A stretch of 53,823 nucleotides of DNA from a virus (taxonomy: Duplodnaviria > Caudoviricetes). The notes under the pieces are model-generated. The model saw only the letters and a list, made by a program, of their open reading frames with translations, ran no database searches and was not told where the DNA came from. The stretch is from IMG/VR virus record IMGVR_UViG_3300044453_000313, positions 1 to 53,823 of that record. The stretch is one strand, 5' to 3'. The position numbers and the translations under genes are program-made. Each line of letters opens with the position of its first letter. Position 1 is the first letter of the stretch. Of this stretch, positions 25,161-35,151 are shown in pieces.

Positions 25161-26723
25161 ATGGCGACTGCAAAACCGCGTTTCCGGGTCAAGGCCGGCC
25201 GCAAGGCCTGGACGGCGTCAACGTCCCTGGGCGGTGTTCCGCAGAAGCCGAAGCCGCAGGCGTTTGATGCCGGGCAATCGGGCCGGCGCCTGAAGGGCTT
25301 CACGACCTCGACGCAGGAAATCAACCGGCAAATTCGCAGTTACGGCCGCACCGTCGTCGCGCGCTCGCGGTACCTGTCGCAGAACAATCCCTACGCGGCG
25401 CAGGCGAAGCAGGTCTATGTGTCGGCGCTGACCGGGTCCGGCATCAAGCCGTCGTCCCTGTTTGCCGACAAGTCGGTCAAGGAAGAACTGCAAAAGGCCT
25501 GGCTTGAGTGGACCGACGAGGCGGACGCCGACGGCCTGACGGACCTCTACGGTCAACAGGCAACGATTGCCGGCGAAATGTTCGACACCGGCGAGTGTTT
25601 TGCCCGCTTCCGCGCGCGGCGCCCGGAAGACGGCCTGAGCGTGCCGCTGCAGGTTCAGTTGCTGCCGTCCGAAATGCTGCCGCTGGACGACAACCGCAGC
25701 CTGCCGAACGGCAACTATGTGAAGATGGGCGTCGAGTTCAACGCCTTCGGCAAGCGCGTCGCCTATTGGTTCCTCCGCCGTCATCCGGGCGCCGATCACG
25801 TCAATTACCGCCGGGACTATGTCGGCCTGAATGTGCGCGTGCCGGCGGAAGAGGTCCTGCACATTTTCGACCCGACCGGGTTTGCCGGGCAGATCCGGGG
25901 CATTCCGCACACGCTGTCCGCGATCGTCACGGCAGCGGTTCTCGATTCCTATGAAGACGCCGAACTTGAACGCAAGCGCATAGCGGCCCTCTTTTGCGGC
26001 TTTGTCCGCACGCAGAACGGCGACGAGCCGGCCGATCATCCCTTTCACGAATCCGTCAAGAAGGCGCAGGAAGCGGGCGAACTGCATGCCGATATCGGCA
26101 TGGAACCCGGCATGTTCCTGGACCTCAATCCGGGCTGGAGCGTCGATTTCGCGGCGCCCGCCGATGTCGGCGGCAACTTCGAGGCGTTCCAGTACCGGTA
26201 CCTGTTGCGCATGGCGGCCGGTTTCGGGGTGCCGTATGCGTCCATGACGGGCGATCTCCAGAAGACAAGTTACGGAACCTTGCGCGGGGGGCTGATCGAG
26301 TTCCGCCGCAGGATCGAAGCCAAGCAACACAACGTCATGGTGTTTCAGTTCTGCCGGCCGGTCTGGCGCCGCTGGTTTGCCGACGCGGTCCTCGCAGGCG
26401 CGCTGAGCGTGCGGCCGTCGGAGTTCTTCGCCGCGCCCCGCGAATACCTGCGGGTCAAGTGGCAGACACCGAAATGGGAGTGGATCGATCCGCTCAAGGA
26501 CCGCATGGCCGAACTGCTGGCGGTTCAGGCCGGGTTCAAGTCGCGCTCCGACGTCATCGAGGCGGAAGGGTACGACCCGGAAGAAACGGACACCCGCATC
26601 GCGAACGACAAGAAGCGCGAGGAAGAACTCGGCCTGAAGTTCTCCGAAAGTCAGTTCGCGGATGCCATGGTCGCGGCGCTCAAGGCCGACGAGGAAAACG
26701 GAGACAAGACCGATGGCGCATGA
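25161..26723 (+). CDS. Portal protein, lambda family
   Basis: ARSRYL..NNPYA, GVEFN..G.RVAY, GQIRGIP, WIDPLKD. Confidence 0.95.
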   Translation: MATAKPRFRVKAGRKAWTASTSLGGVPQKPKPQAFDAGQSGRRLKGFTTSTQEINRQIRSYGRTVVARSRYLSQNNPYAAQAKQVYVSALTGSGIKPSSLFADKSVKEELQKAWLEWTDEADADGLTDLYGQQATIAGEMFDTGECFARFRARRPEDGLSVPLQVQLLPSEMLPLDDNRSLPNGNYVKMGVEFNAFGKRVAYWFLRRHPGADHVNYRRDYVGLNVRVPAEEVLHIFDPTGFAGQIRGIPHTLSAIVTAAVLDSYEDAELERKRIAALFCGFVRTQNGDEPADHPFHESVKKAQEAGELHADIGMEPGMFLDLNPGWSVDFAAPADVGGNFEAFQYRYLLRMAAGFGVPYASMTGDLQKTSYGTLRGGLIEFRRRIEAKQHNVMVFQFCRPVWRRWFADAVLAGALSVRPSEFFAAPREYLRVKWQTPKWEWIDPLKDRMAELLAVQAGFKSRSDVIEAEGYDPEETDTRIANDKKREEELGLKFSESQFADAMVAALKADEENGDKTDGA

Positions 26724-27624
26724 AATCCGCCGCGTGCTGGCCGCCTTCGCGGCCGATCCCTGGTTCATCGACCCGCGCAAGGCAGAGCAGATCGTCGCGC
26801 TGCTGGAGCTTCGCGCAGCGCACGGCCCGCGCGCCGAACCGTTCCGCAAGAACGGCGCGGCGATGCGCGAGGAAGTGCGCACGACAAAGGGCACGGTCGC
26901 GGTGCTGAATCTCTTCGGCACGATCATGCCGCGCGTGGAAGCCGTGGAAGACGTTTCGCAGCAATCGGCCCTGATGGTGCCGTTTCAGAATGCGTTCCAG
27001 CGCACGGCGGCCGACCCGTCGCTGACCGGCATCATTTTGAACATCGACAGCCCGGGCGGGCGGGTGGACCTGGTGCCGGAAACCGTCGCGATGATCCGCA
27101 AGGCGCACCGCGCCGACCGGCCGATCATCGCGGTTGCCAACACCCTGGCCGCGTCCGCTGCCTACTGGATTGCCACGGCCTGCGACGAAATCGTCGTGAC
27201 GCCGTCCGGCGAGGTCGGATCGATCGGCGTCTATGTGCTCCATCAGGACATTTCCGAGGCGCTGGCCGCCGCCGGGATCCGCATGCAGTTCATTTCGGAA
27301 GCCGCCCGCAAGACCGAGGGCAATCCATTCGAACCGCTCGGCGACGAGGCGCGCAAGGCGCTGCAGGCGAACGTCCGATACTACTATGACATGTTCGTCG
27401 CCGACGTCGCCAAGGGGCGGCGGGTCAAGGAAAGCGTCGTGCGCGCGGATCCGGAAAAGACGGACGCACATTTCGGCGGCGGCCGGACCTATCCGGCGAA
27501 AGAGGCGGTCCGCCTCGGCATGGCCGACCGTGTCGCGACACTCGACGAGACGATAACCCGCCTCATTGGCGGCGGCGCGCGGACCAGTTCGCGGGCCTCG
27601 GTCCAGCGCCGGCAAGTTCTCTGA
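26713..27624 (+). CDS. S49 prohead protease (gpC-like)
   Basis: IDSPGG, AASAAYWIA, VGSIGV. Confidence 0.92.
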   Translation: MAHEIRRVLAAFAADPWFIDPRKAEQIVALLELRAAHGPRAEPFRKNGAAMREEVRTTKGTVAVLNLFGTIMPRVEAVEDVSQQSALMVPFQNAFQRTAADPSLTGIILNIDSPGGRVDLVPETVAMIRKAHRADRPIIAVANTLAASAAYWIATACDEIVVTPSGEVGSIGVYVLHQDISEALAAAGIRMQFISEAARKTEGNPFEPLGDEARKALQANVRYYYDMFVADVAKGRRVKESVVRADPEKTDAHFGGGRTYPAKEAVRLGMADRVATLDETITRLIGGGARTSSRASVQRRQVL

Positions 27625-27716
27625 GTTTTTCGAAATCCGTTCCGGGCCACCCGCCGCGCCGGGCGCGCGGGGCTGCGGTCCATTCCCTTTCCCCGGTGAC
27701 TTCATAGGAGGCCTAA

Positions 27717-28235
27717 ATGGCTCACAAGCTTGTTGCCCTTCTGGCAGCGCAGACGGCTCTCAAGAATGAGGCCGACAAGATCCTGGCCGGCGTAAGCGAT
27801 CCGGAGACGGAACTGACCGTAGCGCAGGACAAGCGCCTTGAGGAAATCAAGGCCGAGGTTCGCAAGAACGACGAGGAAATCGCCGCCCTGGCCGCCGCCC
27901 TGCCGGCAGAGACGGAACCGGAAACCAAGCCGGCACCGGCACCGGCCGCGCTGGATACCGAGGCGGCCAGTGCCGCCGAACGCGAACGCATCAAGGACAT
28001 TCTCGCCGTCTGCAAGACCTTCAAGTGCGATGACCGCGCACAGGGTTTCATCGACGGTAAACAGACCTTCAAGGAGGCATTCGACACGCTGCAGCGCGAA
28101 CGGGCGACCGAGTCCGACAGCGCGGTCACGCACGCCGGCAATTCCGGCAAGAAGGCCGAAGGCGCACCGATTCCGAGCGCATCCCAGATCTACGCTGCGC
28201 GCAGCAAGGCGCGCGCTGCCCGTCTCACCGCCTGA
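27717..28235 (+). CDS. Scaffold-like protein (Nu3-like)
   Basis: AGGAGG RBS; AAERERIKDI motif; located between protease and decoration protein. Confidence 0.6.
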   Translation: MAHKLVALLAAQTALKNEADKILAGVSDPETELTVAQDKRLEEIKAEVRKNDEEIAALAAALPAETEPETKPAPAPAALDTEAASAAERERIKDILAVCKTFKCDDRAQGFIDGKQTFKEAFDTLQRERATESDSAVTHAGNSGKKAEGAPIPSASQIYAARSKARAARLTA

Positions 28236-28296
28236 CCGCCTCAAGGGCAAGGCGGACCACTCCCCAAAACAGTGCTGATCCTGAAAGGAAACAGTC

Positions 28297-28674
28297 ATGA
28301 CGACGCTTACCATGGGTGCCCGTGACGAGGAATTTATCCTCTCCGAAGCAAGCGGCAGCCGGTCCCGTTCCAATGCGACGCTGAAAAGCGGTGAAAACCT
28401 CAAGTCCGGCCAGCTTCTGCAGGACGACGGCACCGGCAAGCTGATCGCCTGCGACGGTGTCCTGAACACTGCCGGCGACGAACTCGAAACGCCGCTTGCC
28501 GGCATCCTCTGCCGGGCGACCGATGCCACCGACGGCCACACCCCGTGCGTGATCCTCGACGCGCATGCGGAGGTCAAGGACGGTTATCTGATCTATCCGG
28601 ACGAATCCACCGCCGGCGGCGAGAAGGCGGCGGCGATCGCGAGCCTCCTGGCGCTCGGCATCAAGGTTCGCTGA
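28297..28674 (+). CDS. Head decoration protein (gpD-like)
   Basis: EFILSEASG.RSR...AGIL...AEV...L..LGIKVR. Confidence 0.85.
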   Translation: MTTLTMGARDEEFILSEASGSRSRSNATLKSGENLKSGQLLQDDGTGKLIACDGVLNTAGDELETPLAGILCRATDATDGHTPCVILDAHAEVKDGYLIYPDESTAGGEKAAAIASLLALGIKVR

Positions 28675-28767
28675 CGCGCACCGCGCGCCGGCTCGGCCCT
28701 TCCTGCCGCCTGGGCAGCGGCAACTGTCCCGCCGTCAGGCGCGGCCTTTCCATAGGGAAATCATCAC

Positions 28768-29781
28768 ATGTTGAACATCTTTGACGACGACGCCTTCAGC
28801 CTTCAGCGGCTGACGGCGACCTTCAACGACATTCCGGAAGTCCCGACCATGATCGGCGACCTCGGCGTGTTCGAGGAAGAGGGCGTCGACACGCATATCG
28901 TGTCGATCGAAAAGGAAAACGAGGGTCTGTCGCTCGTTGCCGAAAGCCCTTACGGCGGTGTTGGCGAAACGGTGACCGGCGAAAGCCGCGACATTCTCGA
29001 CATTCGCGTTCCGCACTTCCAGCGCGACGATTCCGTCAAGGCGATCGAGGTGCAGGGCAAGCGCGAACTCGGCTCTGAAAACCAGCTTGAAACCGTCATG
29101 AGCCGGGTGGAAAAGAAGATGGCGCGGCACGCCCGTTCCTTCGACTTCACCCTTGAACATCTGCGGCTTGGCGCAATCAAGGGCCTGGTGCTGAACAAGG
29201 CCGGGAATACCATCCTGAACACGTTTGACCGGTTCGGCATCGCCCAGCCGGCGGCGGTCAACTTCGCCCTGAACTCCAGTTCGACCGACGTGCAGGGCAA
29301 GTGCCAGCAGGTGCTGGACGCGATCGAGGACGCCCTTGAAGGACGCGGCATGCCGACGCGCGTCTGGGGTCTTGCCGGCGAGGGCTTCATGCAGTCGCTG
29401 TGGTCGCATGCCAAGGTCGCCGAAACCTACAACGGCTGGCAGGATGCGGTGCAGCGTCGCGGCGACCCGCGCCTGCCGTTCGAGTATGGCGGCATTTCCT
29501 GGAAGCGCATGCGCGTCAAGCCGAAGGCAAAGGCGGCGAACGGCGGCAACCAGTTCATTGCCTCCAACGAGGTCCGCTTTGTGGTCGAAGGCGTGCCGGA
29601 ACTCTTCATCACCCGGTTCGCTCCGGCGGATTACGAGGAAACGGTCAACACGACCGGGCTGCCGCGTTACGCCAAGCAGTATCCGACCCCGAACGGCAAG
29701 GCCCGCATGCTGGAAATGCAGATGAACGCCATCTGCCTTTGCACCAAACCCGACGCGCTGCAGAGCGGTACGGCCAGCTAA
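28768..29781 (+). CDS. Major capsid protein (lambda gpE family)
   Basis: IFDDDAFS, TLEHLRLGAIKG, FAPADYEETVNT.GLP.YAK. Confidence 0.93.
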   Translation: MLNIFDDDAFSLQRLTATFNDIPEVPTMIGDLGVFEEEGVDTHIVSIEKENEGLSLVAESPYGGVGETVTGESRDILDIRVPHFQRDDSVKAIEVQGKRELGSENQLETVMSRVEKKMARHARSFDFTLEHLRLGAIKGLVLNKAGNTILNTFDRFGIAQPAAVNFALNSSSTDVQGKCQQVLDAIEDALEGRGMPTRVWGLAGEGFMQSLWSHAKVAETYNGWQDAVQRRGDPRLPFEYGGISWKRMRVKPKAKAANGGNQFIASNEVRFVVEGVPELFITRFAPADYEETVNTTGLPRYAKQYPTPNGKARMLEMQMNAICLCTKPDALQSGTAS

Positions 29782-29811
29782 GGCTGGCCCAAGCCGAAGG
29801 GGGACTGATCC

Positions 29812-30117
29812 ATGGCGGAACTCGTCATCACCTTCTCCAAGATCGACTCCAGCGAGGGCTTTGATGCCCCGCTGGCGCGCGGTTCCGATTGCCGCACCGA
29901 AGTCGTCACCATGCCGGACACCGGCACCCTGGTCGCCGCCGGCGAGCAGGCTGTCGAACTTCTGGCCGATGCCGATTGCTGGGTGGCAATCGGTCCGGAG
30001 CCTGACCCGAACCTCGCCACGGACGGGACCGGCGTGACACGGAAACTGAAGGCGGGCCTGCCGTATTGCTACGGCCTGCGCGACGGCGACAAGGTCGCCG
30101 TCGTGGCGGCGGCCTGA
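29812..30117 (+). CDS. Small beta-rich protein, possible capsid accessory
   Basis: Directly after the MCP; ADADCWVAIG..P...GDKVAV. Confidence 0.55.
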   Translation: MAELVITFSKIDSSEGFDAPLARGSDCRTEVVTMPDTGTLVAAGEQAVELLADADCWVAIGPEPDPNLATDGTGVTRKLKAGLPYCYGLRDGDKVAVVAAA

Positions 30118-30129
30118 CGGGCTTTCCTG

Positions 30130-30747
30130 ATGCTGCATCTTTGGACGGCGCCCCGGTGCTGGCCGGGTGAAACGGTGTTCATCCTTGCCTCGGGGCCTTC
30201 CGTCAAGCAACTGGATCTGTCGCCCCTCAAGGGGCGGCGGGTCATCGCCGTCAAGTCCTCGCATCTGACCTGGCCGACGGCGGACGTTCTCTTTTTCGCG
30301 GACTCGCGCTGGTGGCGCGACCCGAAACTGAAGCCCCGCACCTTCGAGGGGCTGATCGTATCGACCGCAACATCGATCGCCGACAAGGCCAGCCGCGCGC
30401 GCATCAGGATGATGCTCAAGCGCAATCCGGTGGCCCTTGCCGAGGAACGGCACGCGGTCGCGCTGGAGCGCACGTCGACGACGGGTGCGATCAACCTGGC
30501 GGTTCATTTCGGCGCGGCGCGCATCGTTCTGCTCGGCGTCGACGGCAAGATCGCACCAGACGGAACGCGGCACTGCCACGGGGTCAAATGGCCCTATCCG
30601 CTGGTTGAAACCTGCTTCGACGATCAGGCGCGGGAATATGCCGCCATCGCACCGAGCGCGGAACGGCTCGGGGTCGAAATCGTCAACGCGAATCCTGACA
30701 GCGCCATTTCCGTTTGGCCGCGCAAACCCTTTCAGGACTGCTTATGA
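30130..30747 (+). CDS. DUF115/Maf/sialyltransferase-like glycosyltransferase
   Basis: VFILASGPSV, ADVLFFAD..WW, AINLAVHFGA.RIVLLGVD. Confidence 0.6.
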   Translation: MLHLWTAPRCWPGETVFILASGPSVKQLDLSPLKGRRVIAVKSSHLTWPTADVLFFADSRWWRDPKLKPRTFEGLIVSTATSIADKASRARIRMMLKRNPVALAEERHAVALERTSTTGAINLAVHFGAARIVLLGVDGKIAPDGTRHCHGVKWPYPLVETCFDDQAREYAAIAPSAERLGVEIVNANPDSAISVWPRKPFQDCL

Positions 30748-31454
30748 AAACCTCCATTCATGTCGGTTTCGACCCGCGCGAGGTCGACGGGTTTGCCGTC
30801 GCCTGCGCCTCGATCCGCCGTCACCTTACCCTGCCGATCCCGGTGCGCGGCCTGGTGCTTGCCGACCTGCAGGCGCGCGGCCTCTACAGCCGCCCGACGC
30901 GCATGCAAGACGGCAAGATGTTCGACGAACTTTCCGGAACGACGGTTTCGACCGAATTTTCAAACTCGCGGTTCCTGGTGCCGCACCTCGAAGGATACGA
31001 GGGCTGGGCGCTCTTCATGGATTGCGACGTTCTGGTGCGCTCGAACCTTGCCCGGCTGTTCGATGTCGCAGACCCGACCAAGGCCGTGCAGGTGGTCAAG
31101 CACGATCACCGGCCGCAAAACACGGTCAAGATGGACGGGCAGGTGCAAACGCAATACGCGCGCAAGAACTGGTCAAGCGTGATGCTGCTGAATTGCGGCC
31201 ATCCCGCAAACCGGGCCTTGACGGTGGACCTGGTCAACAGTCTTCCGGGCCGCGACCTGCACCGCTTCTGCTGGCTATCGGACGACCTGATCGGCGATCT
31301 CGACCAGTCGTGGAACTGGCTTGCGGGCCATTCCCCGGAAGAGATCACGCCGGACATTGTCCACTTCACCGATGGCATCCCCTCGATGCCGGGATATGAA
31401 AACAGCGCCTATGCCGACGAATGGCGGGCGGAACTGCGCCGGTGGGCGGCATGA
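30744..31454 (+). CDS. GT-A (GT8/CDI-like) glycosyltransferase
   Basis: GFDPRE, STEFS.SRFLVP, FMDCD (DxD), RKNWSSVML, WNWL, HFTDG. Confidence 0.85.
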   Translation: MKTSIHVGFDPREVDGFAVACASIRRHLTLPIPVRGLVLADLQARGLYSRPTRMQDGKMFDELSGTTVSTEFSNSRFLVPHLEGYEGWALFMDCDVLVRSNLARLFDVADPTKAVQVVKHDHRPQNTVKMDGQVQTQYARKNWSSVMLLNCGHPANRALTVDLVNSLPGRDLHRFCWLSDDLIGDLDQSWNWLAGHSPEEITPDIVHFTDGIPSMPGYENSAYADEWRAELRRWAA

Positions 31455-32209
31455 CGCGCTTTGCCGCCGTTTCGACCTTCAACGCCGATGGGCTGGCGCT
31501 CTACGGCCAGACACTGGCGCGGACCTTCGACGCCTTCTGGCCGGCCGACGTCGACCTGCGGCTCTACTGCGAGGGCTGGGATGCGGCCGACCTTGCGCCG
31601 ATCGGCCGGCGGGTCGAGGTGCTGGAACTTGCGGCGGTGTCGCCCTGGCTGACCGAGTTCAAGACCCGGCACGCACACCGGACGTTCCGGAATTTCCGTT
31701 ATGACGGGGTTCGCTTCTCGCACAAGGTCGCGGCACTCTGTCATGCGGCGCAGAGCCTTGATCCGGATTACCTGATCTGGCTCGATGGCGACATCGTCAC
31801 CCATGCGCCGCTGACGCTCGCCGACCTGCAGGCGCTGGCGCCCGGCGCCGACGAGTGGGTGGCCTGGCTCGACCGCCGCTTTCCGCAATATCCTGAATGC
31901 GGGTTCTACATCCTCAACTGCCGGCACAAGGACCATGAAAGCCTGATCGGCTGTTTCGAAGCGATGTACCGCGACGGGCACCTCTACGGCCTGTCGGAAT
32001 ACCACGACAGCTATGTGCTGCAGCACGTCGTCATGACTTGCGACGTCAAGTGGAAATCTCTCTCCGGGGCGGGATGGGACACGCATCACCCGCTGGTCAA
32101 CGGGCCGCTTGGTGCCTGGTTCGATCATCTGAAGGGCGACCGCAAGCGCGGCGGCCGCTCGCGCCGGAGCGACCTGCGGGTCCGGCGGCAGGAGGACTAC
32201 TGGAAATGA
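31451..32209 (+). CDS. Nucleotide-diphospho-sugar transferase-like protein
   Basis: RFSHKV, LIWLDGD (DxD), ECGF, HDSYV, DHLKG. Confidence 0.7.
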   Translation: MTRFAAVSTFNADGLALYGQTLARTFDAFWPADVDLRLYCEGWDAADLAPIGRRVEVLELAAVSPWLTEFKTRHAHRTFRNFRYDGVRFSHKVAALCHAAQSLDPDYLIWLDGDIVTHAPLTLADLQALAPGADEWVAWLDRRFPQYPECGFYILNCRHKDHESLIGCFEAMYRDGHLYGLSEYHDSYVLQHVVMTCDVKWKSLSGAGWDTHHPLVNGPLGAWFDHLKGDRKRGGRSRRSDLRVRRQEDYWK

Positions 32210-32853
32210 CCGCAATGAAGGAAATCGGCGGCATCTGGCTGCCGGCCGGCGATCAGCATTTCAAGGACCAGCTTCGGCACGGTCCGGTCATCGGCGGCAA
32301 GGCGACTTACCAGTATCGCAAGTATCAGGCCGCACTGTCGCGGGTCGAGAAGCGCGAACACGCCGTCGATGTCGGGGGGCATGTGGGCCTCTGGTCGCGG
32401 GTGATGGCGATGGACTTTGAAAAAGTGTCCGCCTTCGAGCCGCTGGCCGCGCACCGCGCGTGTTTCGCCCGCAACGTCGAGGCGGCAAACGTGACGCTGC
32501 ACCCTTATGCGCTCGGCAGTGTCCCCGGGGAACTCTGTCTGCACATGCCCGAGGACAACACCGGACATGCGCATGTGCGCGAGGACGGCGAGGAATGTCA
32601 GGCCCTGCGGCTGGACGATCTGACCTTGCCGCCGCTCGATTTCCTGAAAATCGACGTCGAGGGCTTTGAGCTTGAGGTGATCGCCGGCGGCGAAGAGACG
32701 ATCCGCCGCGACCGGCCGGTCATGGTGGTCGAGCAAAAGGCGGACAATGCCGAGCGCTACGGCCGCGGCCGCTGGGATGCGGTCAACCTGCTGAAGTCCT
32801 GGGGCATGCGTGAAGCCGTCGTTATCGGCGGTGATCACGTCATGATCTGGTAA
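32206..32853 (+). CDS. FkbM-family SAM methyltransferase
   Basis: VDVGGHVG, AFEP, KIDVEGFE. Confidence 0.9.
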   Translation: MTAMKEIGGIWLPAGDQHFKDQLRHGPVIGGKATYQYRKYQAALSRVEKREHAVDVGGHVGLWSRVMAMDFEKVSAFEPLAAHRACFARNVEAANVTLHPYALGSVPGELCLHMPEDNTGHAHVREDGEECQALRLDDLTLPPLDFLKIDVEGFELEVIAGGEETIRRDRPVMVVEQKADNAERYGRGRWDAVNLLKSWGMREAVVIGGDHVMIW

Positions 32854-32857
32854 AACC

Positions 32858-33637
32858 ATGTGGTGCTGTGTAACACCCGAGCGGCGCAAGAAGACGCTGC
32901 GCATCATGGAGGCCCTGGCGGCGGGATGCGGCGGCAGGGTCTGCGTCGGTCCGCCGCCGGATGACGGTCCTTTCGCCGTCTGGGGGCACAAGTGGCTGTC
33001 CGAACGGATCGTGCCGAAGGCGCATGCGCAGGGCCGGCCGTGGTGGTTCGTCGATAACGGCTATCACCTGCCGGCGCGCGGCGGTCCCGAAGGCTATTAC
33101 GCTCTCACCTTTTGCGGCATCGCGCCGGTGCTGCTCGACGACGCACCCCGGGACCGGCTGCGGATCCGCATGGCGCCCTGGCGGCGGAACCATGACGGGC
33201 CGGTGCTGCTGGCGCTGCCCGGCCGGGACTATGGCCGCATGCTCGGCCTCGACATGGAATCCTGGAACGAGCGGATCCGCAAGACGATCGGGCGCCACAC
33301 CGACCGGCGGGTGATCATTCGCGACAAGGCGAGCCTGCGGCCGCTGGCGGAGGATCTTGCCGAGTGCTCGGTGGTGGTGACGCATTCCAGCAAGGTCGCG
33401 GTTGATGCCGTGATTGCCGGAGTCCCGGCGATCGTCGAGCCGAGCAATCCGGCGGCGCCGGTCTGTTCGACCCGCCTGGAGGATATCGAAACGCCGCTGA
33501 TGCCCTCGCGGGCCAAGTGGTGGGCCTCTTTGATGGCGCAACAGTTCACGCTTGACGAAATGCGCAGAGGCTTCGCGGCCGAGGCGATGCAGGCGATCCG
33601 GGACCAGCGGGGCGGGGAAAACACAGATGCCGCTTGA
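32858..33637 (+). CDS. KpsC/KpsS-like (GT-B) glycosyltransferase
   Basis: WFVDNGY, IIRDK, VVTHSSKVAVDAVIAGVP. Confidence 0.55.
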   Translation: MWCCVTPERRKKTLRIMEALAAGCGGRVCVGPPPDDGPFAVWGHKWLSERIVPKAHAQGRPWWFVDNGYHLPARGGPEGYYALTFCGIAPVLLDDAPRDRLRIRMAPWRRNHDGPVLLALPGRDYGRMLGLDMESWNERIRKTIGRHTDRRVIIRDKASLRPLAEDLAECSVVVTHSSKVAVDAVIAGVPAIVEPSNPAAPVCSTRLEDIETPLMPSRAKWWASLMAQQFTLDEMRRGFAAEAMQAIRDQRGGENTDAA

Positions 33638-33977
33638 TTACGGTGCGGTGCTCTTTGCGCCGATCTATCTGGTTTACGGCGTCGAGGCCGTGTTGACGCT
33701 TCAGGATACCGCCGGAACGCAGTTGACCCTGACCGTCATCGACATGACGGACGGCATCGAGACCGGCGACGGGGTCGACGTCGGAACGGTCGTGCCCGGT
33801 GCCGTTTTCCAGCTTTCGGAACTGACGGGGCAGGGCTTCGCACGCGCCGACCTCGACAGGGCCTCGATTACCTTCAACGGCGGTACCTGGAAGATTGTCA
33901 ATCATGTTCCGAAGCCGGTCCCGAGCGGCGAGGCGAACGGTGAAATCCTGCTGACACTGGAGGAAACCAATGTCTGA
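33627..33977 (+). CDS. Head-tail joining protein (gpFII-like)
   Basis: Size, beta-rich pattern and position before the tail genes. Confidence 0.55.
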   Translation: MPLDYGAVLFAPIYLVYGVEAVLTLQDTAGTQLTLTVIDMTDGIETGDGVDVGTVVPGAVFQLSELTGQGFARADLDRASITFNGGTWKIVNHVPKPVPSGEANGEILLTLEETNV

Positions 33978-34413
33978 CCCGCGCGAACAGATCCTTGCCC
34001 GCCTGGTCGAAATCGGCGGCACGATCCCGGCTTTCAAGTCGGTTGCACGGAATTTCATCGGCATCGCCGAAACGGCCATGCCCGCCTTTGTGGTCCTCGA
34101 CGGCGACGAATCCGCCGAGGACACCGACAGACCGTCGCGCGGACCGACCGCGCCGCGCGTCGTGGTGATGACGCCTGAAGTCTTCATTCTCCTGCCGAAG
34201 GAATCCGACCTCGTCGGAACAGCACTCAACGAACTCCGGGCGCTTGTCATCAACGCCATTGCGACCGATGCGACGCTGACGGGCCTTACCCTGAACGGCC
34301 ACGGCGCCCGCTATGAGGGCGCCGCGACCAGCCTGTCGCGTGCGCGCAGCCTGCTCGGCGAGGCGGGCCTGGCCTTTTCCTTTCCCTACCTGATGCGCCC
34401 CGGCGCGATCTGA
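33970..34413 (+). CDS. Tail terminator/completion protein (gpU-like)
   Basis: REQILARL, D.TL.GL; precedes the tail tube gene. Confidence 0.6.
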   Translation: MSDPREQILARLVEIGGTIPAFKSVARNFIGIAETAMPAFVVLDGDESAEDTDRPSRGPTAPRVVVMTPEVFILLPKESDLVGTALNELRALVINAIATDATLTGLTLNGHGARYEGAATSLSRARSLLGEAGLAFSFPYLMRPGAI

Positions 34414-34426
34414 TCCCGACCCCTTT

Positions 34427-34444
34427 GGAAGGCTTCGGCCTTCC
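34427..34444 (+). terminator. UUCG-loop hairpin in the late operon
   Basis: GGAAGGC-TTCG-GCCTTCC; weak U tract. Confidence 0.35.
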
Positions 34445-34545
34445 TGCCCTCACCGGCCCTTGGGCAAGGCCTCACGGAGCGGCTTCCGCTCCATTCCCGC
34501 AACCGCGTCCAGACGAGTCTGGCCGCGTTCTGAAGGAGCCTCTTC

Positions 34546-35073
34546 ATGCCTGCATCCCCGAACCCGCTGAACTACTACATCGGTAAAGGCAAGATCTACT
34601 GGACGCCCGAAGGTGGCGTCGAGCGGGACGTCGGCAACGTTCCCGAAATCGAATACACCCCGTCGACCGAGAAGCTTGAGCACAAGTCCTCGCGCACGGG
34701 CGTCAGTTCGACCGACCGCACGGTCGTTCTGGAAAAGGCCATGACCGTGCGGATTGTCCTGGAAGAGTTCACCGCGGCAAACATCGCCATGCCGATGCTT
34801 GATTCCGAACCGGTCGATAACACCGACGGCACCACGACCGTCCGGATGCTCAAGGACCCCGAAATCAAGGGCGCCCTGCGTTTCGAGGGCACCAACGACG
34901 TCGGCCAGCGCGTGGACATCCTTACGCCGCTCGTTTCGTTCGGCCCGTCCGGATCCTTCAGCCCGATCACGGACGAATGGGGGCAGATGGAAATCACCGG
35001 CGACGTGCTGGTGAACGAATACACCGACGGCACGTCCGACTTCGGCACCATCACCGTTACCGACGTCAGTTAA
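34546..35073 (+). CDS. Major tail (tube) protein
   Basis: YYIGKGKIY, DVGNVPE, EH.SSR.G, GALRFEG.N..G. Confidence 0.8.
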   Translation: MPASPNPLNYYIGKGKIYWTPEGGVERDVGNVPEIEYTPSTEKLEHKSSRTGVSSTDRTVVLEKAMTVRIVLEEFTAANIAMPMLDSEPVDNTDGTTTVRMLKDPEIKGALRFEGTNDVGQRVDILTPLVSFGPSGSFSPITDEWGQMEITGDVLVNEYTDGTSDFGTITVTDVS

Positions 35074-35087
35074 GGCGCCGTTATCAG

Positions 35088-35120
35088 CGCCGGCCGCCTC
35101 CGGGTGGCCGGCGGTCTTTC
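35088..35120 (+). terminator. Hairpin after the tail tube gene
   Basis: CGCCGGCCGCC-TCCG-GGTGGCCGGCG followed by GTCTTT. Confidence 0.4.
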
Positions 35121-35151
35121 CTCAAGCCCGATAATCAAAAAGGAGGCCCGC

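Noticed and set aside
22632-30579. Long minus-strand ORFs (22632-24581, 25218-26927, 26680-27705, 28735-30579)
   Set aside because: Antisense shadows of clear terminase, portal, protease and capsid genes; expected in high-GC DNA; no motifs
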